NCBI GenBank assembly: GCA_020428535.1
Contig: JAGQMS010000002.1
Span: 3,210 to 67,209, forward strand
DNA length: 64,000 nucleotides
Origin: Candidatus Saccharimonadota bacterium
Lineage (GTDB): Bacteria; Patescibacteriota; Saccharimonadia; Saccharimonadales; JAGQMS01
Direction of reading: 5' to 3'
Positions 45,165 through 53,027 of this stretch are shown piece by piece. A model generated the notes under the pieces. That model was not told the DNA's origin. It saw nothing but the letters and a program-made list of their open reading frames with translations, and made no database searches. Position 1 is the first letter of the stretch. Every line of letters begins with the position of its first letter. The position numbers were made by a program, and so were the translations under genes.

Positions 45165-45977
45165 TTATTTGTGAGTATTGGGGTTTATTACTTGACCGGG
45201 TGTATATGTTGGATTTGGATTCGGGATATTTGTGAACAGTGAAGTTGTCGGTGGCGAATAGTCTAGGTATGTATAATTATTCATTTTTCCCTTTAAGAAA
45301 TTTTTGGAATTGTACCTTCGAACACCGAAGATAATACCAGCGACTGTAGTTACGACTATCAGTATCGCTCCTGCTAAATAGTATGGTGTTTTAAATATTT
45401 TCTTAGTGCTATCAGCGATAGGTGTTGCTACCTTTTCTTTTACAAAAGACACTGTTTTGCCTATGGCATTTGTAGGCTTTGTTGAACTAGCGGACTGCTG
45501 AGTTGTACCCCCGCTTGCCGAAGAAGTACCTGCAGTAGTTGCTGTGTCTGCAACTTGAGTGTTGGCGCAACTAGTCGAATCGGTAGGAGCAAATAAGGAA
45601 TTTGATGATAGCACGATACAATCTAGATCAACATTGGCTTTGGTAGCAGATATTTGAATATCAATGGTGCCGCCCGTGGTTGTAAAAATGTTTTGTGAGT
45701 TGGCCCATTTCCAATTTGTAGCATCAGTAGTCGAGATTTGTTGATTACAAGCTGTTCCGCCTCCAGAAAGATTGAATTTTAGGTCTGGCGACCCATCTGC
45801 ATTCTTTACTCTAACCCACAGAGAATGGGTGCCTGCTTGTACGTCACTAAGTTGATAGTTTGATATTCCGTAGCCAGTTGATAGATCCGGGCATGTACTT
45901 TGCGCATTCGTAGCTATTGGCGTGAAAACCATTAAAACTAGTATCGAGGTCAGCAAAATCGAAAACTTTTTCATCAT
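45165..45977 (-). CDS. secreted, C-terminally anchored protein with a carbohydrate-binding-module-like domain
   Basis: Signal peptide MMKKFSILLTSILVLMVFTPIATNAQS, a beta-rich domain, a Ser/Thr/Ala linker and a C-terminal TM helix. Its ATG overlaps the upstream stop (ATGA). Confidence 0.5.
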   Translation of the reverse strand: MMKKFSILLTSILVLMVFTPIATNAQSTCPDLSTGYGISNYQLSDVQAGTHSLWVRVKNADGSPDLKFNLSGGGTACNQQISTTDATNWKWANSQNIFTTTGGTIDIQISATKANVDLDCIVLSSNSLFAPTDSTSCANTQVADTATTAGTSSASGGTTQQSASSTKPTNAIGKTVSFVKEKVATPIADSTKKIFKTPYYLAGAILIVVTTVAGIIFGVRRYNSKNFLKGKMNNYTYLDYSPPTTSLFTNIPNPNPTYTPGQVINPNTHK

Positions 45978-47254
45978 GGTGTCCCCGCACAACTACTTGG
46001 TGATGAATAGCATACCGTATCACTTCCCCAACTATTGCCTGTTCTTGTAGTTGAGCCAATAGTACCGCTAAATACGTAAAGATTTCCGTCTATAGATGAT
46101 TTTGGCCAACCCGCCTGAGCAGTAAATACATTGTCGGTAAAAATGATAGATTGAATGCCACTAGTTTGGCCGTAAAAGCGCACTGGGTAATAACCGCCAC
46201 CTGATATCTGATTATGTTTGACGATATAGACTTTGTCTGGGTTTGAATCTTCGTCTGCATAGACTGCGATTGCTCCAGTCCCACCGAATTCATAACAGCC
46301 TGAACCTGGCCCGTTCGACCATCCTGCACTACAAAGTTCCCATCTGTTGGCAATGATTGTGTTGTCTTCGATATTGACGGTGCCGTTATTTCCAGTGAAG
46401 TATATTCCGTTTGCATGACCCAGATGTGGTGGAGATGCATATGGGGTGTCGTCGTAGTCGTATATATAATTTCTGTAGATAGTTGTTGTTGTGCCTGAGT
46501 CTAGATCTCCAGCAGATTCTACGACGTGTGATGCGCCTCTAACTTGCGAATATTGAAGAGTAAATTGACCGTGTCGAGCCGTTAGACCGTATTCGTGTCT
46601 GTTACCGCCGTCGATGTAACAATGATCAAAAGTGATGTTTTTAGGGCGAATGCTTGAATCCCAAGCTTTACCGATGAATATAAAACCATTTGGCGAATGG
46701 CTTGTGCCAGTGTATACGATCCTACAATTCTTAAAAGTTATATTGTTACCAGTTATATAAAATTCCTGACCGTTGCCTACCAATATCTCCACATTTTCGA
46801 ACGTTTTACCGCTATCTGAGGTGCCGAATTCTCTTGGAGATAAACTTGTGAAAGTTGTACCTGCAGTCGGGCCAGTGTTTTGCAATGTAGCCGGCCATGT
46901 CCAGGTTGTGGACCCGCTGCTTCCGCCTGAGCTACCACTGCCAGGATCCGGTGTTGTGCCTCCTCCCCCGCTAGAACCACCACTTGCTGGTGGAGGAGTG
47001 CTGACCGCAGCGCTATTGAAACTTAAATATTTACCTCCCGATGCGTTCTCATCTGTGTATGTAGTCGTGTTTGATTCACTAAGATAATTCTCGGCTTCTG
47101 TCCCTTTCGTGCCTGAATCATTTACTGCGAATGATCGCACGAATAATAGGTTTCCACCCAAAAGAGTCAATATGAAAAACAATAGAAATATTTTGCTTTC
47201 AAAAATATCATCAAATCTAAAGTTTTTTATATAAAGTTTTATTTTTGCCCCCAA
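45974..47254 (-). CDS. secreted right-handed beta-helix (pectate-lyase-fold) protein
   Basis: N-terminal TM/signal segment, a Gly/Ser-rich linker, and repeats such as NITFKNCRIVYTG, ITFDHCYIDGG and VNIEDNTIIAN. The only in-frame start near the N-terminus is the TTG at 47254. Confidence 0.55.
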   Translation of the reverse strand: MGAKIKLYIKNFRFDDIFESKIFLLFFILTLLGGNLLFVRSFAVNDSGTKGTEAENYLSESNTTTYTDENASGGKYLSFNSAAVSTPPPASGGSSGGGGTTPDPGSGSSGGSSGSTTWTWPATLQNTGPTAGTTFTSLSPREFGTSDSGKTFENVEILVGNGQEFYITGNNITFKNCRIVYTGTSHSPNGFIFIGKAWDSSIRPKNITFDHCYIDGGNRHEYGLTARHGQFTLQYSQVRGASHVVESAGDLDSGTTTTIYRNYIYDYDDTPYASPPHLGHANGIYFTGNNGTVNIEDNTIIANRWELCSAGWSNGPGSGCYEFGGTGAIAVYADEDSNPDKVYIVKHNQISGGGYYPVRFYGQTSGIQSIIFTDNVFTAQAGWPKSSIDGNLYVFSGTIGSTTRTGNSWGSDTVCYSSPSSCAGTP

Positions 47255-47335
47255 AGAGTGTTTGTTAAATAACGCTTAGGTTTATTTAATGTTCTTTAGC
47301 TTAAAATGTCAATAGTTTCAAGGGGTGATAAATTT

Positions 47336-47599
47336 TTAATTTTTCGATAGTTTTTTACTAAATATCATTACTAGAATTCCAACAATACCTATCAAAGCTC
47401 CTAGCACATACTCTATTCCCCGCGATCTACCGCTTATGGATAGCCCGATCATAACAGTTGCCGGAATTGCGCCAAGTGTTAGCAGTAACCCAAAAATAAA
47501 TACAAAGATTTTATTTCTACGGATTATAGTTTTATAGGTTACCAGTATCAGTACTGCAATAATTGACAACACCAGCAGATCATCAAGATAATCTTTCAT
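47336..47599 (-). CDS. small membrane protein
   Basis: 87 aa with three hydrophobic helices. Confidence 0.45.
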   Translation of the reverse strand: MKDYLDDLLVLSIIAVLILVTYKTIIRRNKIFVFIFGLLLTLGAIPATVMIGLSISGRSRGIEYVLGALIGIVGILVMIFSKKLSKN

Positions 47600-47619
47600 A
47601 GGCTTATGTTAGCACTAAT

Positions 47620-48189
47620 CTAGATTTTACCGACTAGTTTTACGCCCGGTTTGAGAGTCTTTTCGCCTGGTTCCCAGTTAGCTGGGCAGACATTGCCGCC
47701 ATGTTCACGCACGAATTGTGCGGCTTTTAATTTTCGAACCATTTCTTTAGCACTTCGGCCGATATCATTATTATGAATTTCAATAGTTTTCAAAAATCCA
47801 TCAGGATCGATAATGAAAGTACCCCTGAGTGAGAGCCCTTCATCTTCGATGTATGTACCGAACATTCTGCAAACTTTGCCAGTTGGGTCGGCGAGCATTG
47901 GGTAGTTGATCTTGGAAATTGAATCGGATGTGTCGTGCCAAGCTTTATGTGAAAAAGCGGTATCGGTACTGACGCTCATGATCTCGCCATTTAGTTTATT
48001 CACTTCTTCGTGAAAATTCGCAGCATCCACTAGTTCTGTTGGGCAAACAAATGTAAAGTCTGCAGGGTAAAAAACCAACACAACCCACTTGCCCTTGTAG
48101 TCTGACAAACTAATTTTGGTTAGGTCGTCTTTGTAGTATGCCTCAAGCGTAAAGTCTGGAACCTGAGCATTAATCTGAACTTGATCCAT
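47620..48189 (-). CDS. typical 2-Cys peroxiredoxin (AhpC/Prx1 type)
   Basis: FYPADFTFVCPTE peroxidatic Cys motif and a C-terminal resolving VCPANW. Confidence 0.88.
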   Translation of the reverse strand: MDQVQINAQVPDFTLEAYYKDDLTKISLSDYKGKWVVLVFYPADFTFVCPTELVDAANFHEEVNKLNGEIMSVSTDTAFSHKAWHDTSDSISKINYPMLADPTGKVCRMFGTYIEDEGLSLRGTFIIDPDGFLKTIEIHNNDIGRSAKEMVRKLKAAQFVREHGGNVCPANWEPGEKTLKPGVKLVGKI

Positions 48190-48206
48190 TTTTTGATCTC
48201 CTTAAA

Positions 48207-48698
48207 TTATTTCTTAACTTTCAATTCGGGGTGCACAAAACGACGATAACCCAAGTAGGCGACAGTTATTAAGCCAACTGTAATTGTAACAAATATATAC
48301 TTACTGTTTTCAGAAATGATGCTCCGAATTATGCTGTACATCAAGGTAAATAGACCACCCATCATCAAACCATCAGCAAGTATTTTGATCTTTGAAACGT
48401 ATATCAGACTTAATGAAATCAAGGCGATTGCAGACAAAAGTACAATTATTGAAACATTTCGGCTGTACGGTTTTAGAGATTCATTGTAAGCAATCTGTTC
48501 TTCATTGTAGGCTTTTTCGGCTGCAATTTGTTCTTCTGATGGTGCTTTATCGCCATATATTGCCATAGTTGAAGATGGATATTCAGGAGCTTTAGGCCCC
48601 TCATAGAATGTGTTAACTCCAAAACCGACGAACATTGCTAAAAGTAGCCCTAAGAAAAACGTATACACGAATTTGAGTAACTTGTTCTCTTCCTTCAT
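48207..48698 (-). CDS. membrane protein, unknown function
   Basis: 163 aa with four hydrophobic helices. Confidence 0.45.
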   Translation of the reverse strand: MKEENKLLKFVYTFFLGLLLAMFVGFGVNTFYEGPKAPEYPSSTMAIYGDKAPSEEQIAAEKAYNEEQIAYNESLKPYSRNVSIIVLLSAIALISLSLIYVSKIKILADGLMMGGLFTLMYSIIRSIISENSKYIFVTITVGLITVAYLGYRRFVHPELKVKK

Positions 48699-48741
48699 CT
48701 CGCCCCCTTATAATGAAATTATACGCTTTAAAATGAAGATT

Positions 48742-50754
48742 CTAAATAATTCCATCACGCTTCAACATTGCTTCTGGTTTTGGTGCTCGGTGTAAAAATT
48801 CTTTGACAAGAATATCCGGTTCTACTTCGTCGCCTCGTGAAAGAACCGAATTCTTAAAATCTTCACCTGTCTTCTCATTGAAAACGCCTTCGCTTTCAAA
48901 CCTTGAGAATAGATCTGCCTGCAGTGAGTCTGACCACTTATATGTGTAATAACCGGAGGCATAGCCATCAGTGATGTGGGCAAATGTTGCTAAGATTGCA
49001 AAGTACGGCATCGGTTTTACCGGTAGGTATTTCTCTCGTAAGTTAAAGGCGAAATCTGACATTTCCTTTACGTTTTTAAGCTCGAGCCCTGAATGCAATA
49101 GCAAATCAAGATATGCAAAGTAGAGTTGTCTCATGGTTTTGATACCGATGTTAAACAGCGACATGTTCTTAATTGCTCTGACTGTATTTTTAGCAAGAGG
49201 CTTGCCCGTTTTGTAGTGTTTGGCGTATTTCGGGAGTACGTCATCATGAAGTACCCAGTTTTCCATAATTTGTGAAGGGGCTTCGATAAAATCACGTTTT
49301 ACATGATTCATCCCCTGCTCTTTTAGCCTAGTATTGCTAAGAGCAAAATGTATAAAGTGGCCAAATTCGTGCCACATTGTTTCGACTGAATTAATGGGCA
49401 TGAGTGCTGGCAATTTTGCCGTAGCCGGTGATATGTTCATGATTACGCAACCAATATGAGGTTTCTCGACGCCGATAGATCTATCAGCATTTACGAACTC
49501 ATTCATCCAGGCATGACCGTGTTTATCTTTTCTCGAAAACCAGTCGCAGTGCACCTCTGCAAGTTGCTTTTTCGAACTGTCAAAGATAGCGTATACCTGG
49601 ACATCTTTGTGCCATGATTTCTTTTGAAGTCTTCGAAAATTAATGCCATACAGTTTCGAGAACGATTCGAGCATGAAACTAAGGCATCTACTGAATTCAA
49701 AGTATTCCTTTGTATCGTCTAGGTTTATTTTGAATTTATTTTCAAAATATTTCGCAGGGTAGAACATATCAATACCGCTGTCGAATTCAAATTGTTCGAG
49801 GTTTTTAATAGCAGGGTCGTAGTTCTTACAGACAAAATTTAGTAGTTCTTGATATTCAATCTTAGCTTTGTGGCTGTATTTTTCTAGTAGTGGTTCAATG
49901 AAATCTAGTGCTTTCTGCGGTGTATTGAGCATCCTTTCGCGCATAAGCATCGCTCCGGGGTTTTCAAACCCAAGGATGTCTGCTTGTTTTTGCCTGATTG
50001 TCAACAGCTCAAACATTATCTTATTATTTTTGTTAGTCACGCATGCAGAGTAAGCTCTGTGGAATTTCTTTCTTGTAGCTGAAATGCTACAAGTTGTCAT
50101 AATATGGTCAAAGTTGCCATCATCGTTTGAAATAAGGAAGCCCTCGACACCCGCTTTAGCCGCAGCTTCTCTGTAAGATTCCACAATGTCATTTCTGACG
50201 CCTTTGAGTTGAGAAATATTGCGTACGATAATTGGGTTATTGTCTCTAGCAAGCAGTATGTTGCTTCTGAATTGCGTACTTAGTTTAGCGCTACGTTTTG
50301 AAAGTTTTTTCAGTTCTATTTGCTTGTCTTTGGGTAGATGAATGCCGTTCGCTTGGTAGTTTTTAATTAATTTATCGAGAAGTCGAAGCTCTAACTTATC
50401 AACTACCTTGCCATCATCTTGAAGAATTTTTAGTTGAAGATAAATCTTTTGATCAAACTCTACTTCTAGGCCAAATGAAACATATTTCTTTATCGCATAG
50501 TCGCGTGCTTCTTGCCATACGCTTGTTTTCATAGACTCTAAGTGCGAAATTACTCCCGTCACAAACTCAAGCTTTTCATCTGAGCGCGTTAGACCAAGTA
50601 CCGTATTCTCGAATGTTGGTTTTTTAATCTTCTTTAGTTTAGCTATATTGGCTTTTGCTTCTTTGAGGGCCAAGTCTACCGCTTCCTTGGCGTCACTAGG
50701 TTTGTATTTATCAAAATGGACTTGGTCAATTGTGTGAAGAAAAGTATTTGTCAT
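48742..50754 (-). CDS. M3-family oligopeptidase (thimet oligopeptidase / Dcp-like)
   Basis: HEFGH zinc motif (MWHEFGHFIH) with a downstream FIEAPSQIMENW glutamate region. ATG at 50754; the track start at 50778 is a TTG. Confidence 0.8.
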   Translation of the reverse strand: MTNTFLHTIDQVHFDKYKPSDAKEAVDLALKEAKANIAKLKKIKKPTFENTVLGLTRSDEKLEFVTGVISHLESMKTSVWQEARDYAIKKYVSFGLEVEFDQKIYLQLKILQDDGKVVDKLELRLLDKLIKNYQANGIHLPKDKQIELKKLSKRSAKLSTQFRSNILLARDNNPIIVRNISQLKGVRNDIVESYREAAAKAGVEGFLISNDDGNFDHIMTTCSISATRKKFHRAYSACVTNKNNKIMFELLTIRQKQADILGFENPGAMLMRERMLNTPQKALDFIEPLLEKYSHKAKIEYQELLNFVCKNYDPAIKNLEQFEFDSGIDMFYPAKYFENKFKINLDDTKEYFEFSRCLSFMLESFSKLYGINFRRLQKKSWHKDVQVYAIFDSSKKQLAEVHCDWFSRKDKHGHAWMNEFVNADRSIGVEKPHIGCVIMNISPATAKLPALMPINSVETMWHEFGHFIHFALSNTRLKEQGMNHVKRDFIEAPSQIMENWVLHDDVLPKYAKHYKTGKPLAKNTVRAIKNMSLFNIGIKTMRQLYFAYLDLLLHSGLELKNVKEMSDFAFNLREKYLPVKPMPYFAILATFAHITDGYASGYYTYKWSDSLQADLFSRFESEGVFNEKTGEDFKNSVLSRGDEVEPDILVKEFLHRAPKPEAMLKRDGII

Positions 50755-51092
50755 GAATACTATTGTATTACCAAGCAATCTAAATCTATAGAGATTTGAG
50801 TATTGCTAGCACAGGCAAAAAGGTTATATACTCATCTTAGCCTGTGTGAGGGCTTTGGGATTTTTGAAATTCTGATTCCTCCTCACAAGACTTCTTTTAC
50901 CAGTCACGAGCCACTAGTCGCTAGTCTCGAGATGAATCACATTTTTCGTTGGCAGTGTGTGCGTAAACTGACCACCCTATTGATCGATACTCTTTTTCGA
51001 ATTTTTAACAATACCCAAGAACGACAAAGCCCCCGGATGACCGAGAGCTCTGCCGTGTGGCGGCTCAACCGACTCCTAGGGGGGGGCTAACC

Positions 51093-51284
51093 TCACGCCG
51101 CAACCATGACGAGGACCAGGATGCACCCAACAGCAATGCCCAGGAAGCCCAGAGCTATATTGCGGCGGGTTTCGTCATCACCTGGAGGGGGGTTGGAGTA
51201 TTTGAACCTTGCATGGGCGTTCTCAGCCTTGACGGCCCCATGTATCACCAACCACAACCCCGTGATTGCGATAATGAACTTCAC
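51093..51284 (-). CDS. small two-TM membrane protein in GC-rich DNA
   Basis: GTG at 51284 is preceded by AAAAAGGAGGTGA. 63 aa: VKFIIAITGLWLVIHG...ALGFLGIAVGCILVLVMVAA. Confidence 0.45.
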   Translation of the reverse strand: MKFIIAITGLWLVIHGAVKAENAHARFKYSNPPPGDDETRRNIALGFLGIAVGCILVLVMVAA

Positions 51285-51377
51285 GCTATCACCTCCTTTT
51301 TGTCCAGGGGCGTGAATGAGCATATTTTACAACTTTATTATTTATTAATCAAAAACTTGAGACTGGAGACTAATTAT

Positions 51378-51569
51378 ATGAGAGAAGGACTTAACTTTAT
51401 ATCAGATGCCTTGCATTTTGAGATTTTGCGAGGCGCCAGTGAAGCGCGGAAAGAGATGTACATGCTAGTACTTCACTTGAGCACTGGAGCTGGGAACGAA
51501 GTAAAAGCCAAAAACCCTCTAGCCGGGCGGGCTTTGCTCGCCCTAGAGAGGGGATGCGAGAGCATATGA
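51378..51569 (+). CDS. possible small protein (63 aa)
   Basis: ATG is preceded by GGAG 9 nt upstream. MREGLNFISDALHFEILRG.... Its stop overlaps the next ATG (ATGA at 51566-51569). Confidence 0.3.
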   Translation: MREGLNFISDALHFEILRGASEARKEMYMLVLHLSTGAGNEVKAKNPLAGRALLALERGCESI

Positions 51570-51859
51570 GAGAAAGTTTGAATGAACCGGTATCAGTAAT
51601 ATGCACCTACAACGCCAGCCTGCACCGTTTTACACCCCTGCAACTTGGCTGGGCCAACGAAACATATCGTCTTGGCAAAGTAGATTTTTATCACAAAACA
51701 AAAAGTGGAACAAAAGTATTACACCACTTTTCGATGGCTGACGTTGGTGGCCAGGTTTATTTCAAGCTGTGTTTTGATGCCGATACGCTTAATTGGACGC
51801 TGGAGGAGTATATGAATGCGGGTGAGGCTAGTGTGAATTATGAGGGTTTTGGGGTATGA
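51566..51859 (+). CDS. small hypothetical protein upstream of dinB
   Basis: 97 aa: MRESLNEPVSVICTYN...KVDFYHKTKSGTKVLHHFSMADVGGQVYFKLCFD. Protein-like composition with no recognisable motif. Confidence 0.5.
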   Translation: MRESLNEPVSVICTYNASLHRFTPLQLGWANETYRLGKVDFYHKTKSGTKVLHHFSMADVGGQVYFKLCFDADTLNWTLEEYMNAGEASVNYEGFGV

Positions 51860-51873
51860 AAGAGCCCCTCCCT

Positions 51874-51895
51874 CTACTTTGTACCGACAAAGTAG
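51874..51895. promoter_or_regulatory. 22-nt palindrome CTACTTTGT-ACCG-ACAAAGTAG
   Basis: Perfect 9-bp arms. It shares TACTTTGT/ACAAAGTA arms with the palindrome at 52966-52986. Confidence 0.5.
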
Positions 51896-52130
51896 GCAAA
51901 ACTCTCAGGGCGGATGAAAAAACGAGATTGAATCTTGCCCCCATAGGAAGCTGCGAGTCCAGGACTCCTTTCAGTCGGTCCGACATGAGCGGACTTTATC
52001 TTCCTCGCTATACGCTTCCTAAGGTAGGGCAATCTTCATCTGTTTTTCATAGCCCCGAACCCCGGAGTCGCAAACATATAATTTGTGTGCTTGTTTATAT
52101 ATTTGGCTGTGTCAGGAGATCTAGAAACGG

Positions 52131-52156
52131 AAAAACCCTCGCACATGTGACGAGGG
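52131..52156 (-). terminator. rho-independent terminator of the 52171..52593 gene
   Basis: The minus strand reads CCCTCG-TCACATGTG-CGAGGG followed by TTTTT. Confidence 0.7.
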
Positions 52157-52170
52157 CTCAACCGTTGGGC

Positions 52171-52593
52171 CTAATGATAGGCTCTGGGAGCGTCTCGCTG
52201 GTTGCGAGGGCTGTTTGTGGGCGGACATTGATTGTTCCTGAGTTCGGCGTTCTCCGCACGGAGCCGCTCGAGCTCAAGCTCGTTACGCCACGCGACATCT
52301 TGTTGGTGCCGACGCTCGCCTCGTTCTTTTGCTCGCTTTCGATCCGACCTTCCCTTTTCTGCAATGCGGTGCAGGAAGATGAGAATGGTGGCAATGCCAA
52401 GCGCCGGCCAGCCTACCCAGGCTCCAATGGTCTGCCAGGTGGCGTCCTTATCGGGCGTCACATAGCGCAACATCAAGCCGGTGAGCGCAAAGAAAACCGC
52501 AGTAATCGCAGCAAGATCGATGCGAAACTCTTCTTCGCGCTGGTTGTTACGTTTGCCGTCATACAGGTCGTAGAAAAAATCAATGATACCCAT
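52171..52593 (-). CDS. GC-rich membrane protein with a basic coiled-coil tail
   Basis: 140 aa with two TM helices (LAAITAVFFALTGLML and WVGWPALGIATILIFL), followed by RSDRKRAKERGERRHQQDVAWRNELELERLRAENAELR. Confidence 0.55.
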   Translation of the reverse strand: MGIIDFFYDLYDGKRNNQREEEFRIDLAAITAVFFALTGLMLRYVTPDKDATWQTIGAWVGWPALGIATILIFLHRIAEKGRSDRKRAKERGERRHQQDVAWRNELELERLRAENAELRNNQCPPTNSPRNQRDAPRAYH

Positions 52594-52965
52594 GTTAAAG
52601 GCCTTTCTTGGTGGTCGTGGTGGGTTGAAAGAACTTTCATAGGATACACGAGCGTGACCCTATGTTCATATTATAGCATAAGAGTTATATATTTGTCAAT
52701 ATTTGAGAGCTCTGGCGGGTGCATAGCTTACTGGTTTATGGAGCGTTCGACAAAGTCGAGCATCAATCAAAGTTGCAAATTATGTATTTGCACAAGTTCC
52801 CTGGGGTATGGGGCACTAAGGAAGCTTGTTCCCGAGGAAATTGTTGGTCAAAAATACAAGATGCGACTAAGGGAGAATGAGGAGGAAGCAAAGCGCCTTT
52901 CGACCTTCTTGTATTTGTTGACAACATATTTCCTAGAGAACAAGGTGACCCCGCCCCATGTTTTG

Positions 52966-52986
52966 GTACTTTGTCGCACAAAGTAC
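52966..52986. promoter_or_regulatory. 21-nt palindrome GTACTTTGT-CGC-ACAAAGTAC, 42 nt upstream of dinB (candidate operator)
   Basis: Perfect 9-bp arms, located just upstream of the Y-family polymerase start codon at 53028. Confidence 0.5.
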
Positions 52987-53027
52987 GCACGCAGAATTAT
53001 TTGGCAACAAAAATACGGAATTGTTTT

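Noticed and set aside
51057-51569. 170-aa plus-strand ORF spanning 51057..51569.
   Set aside because: Its first two thirds run antisense to the RBS-supported small membrane gene and through AT-rich promoter-like DNA. Only the last 63 codons (from ATG 51378, with GGAG upstream) are kept, and only as a low-confidence CDS.
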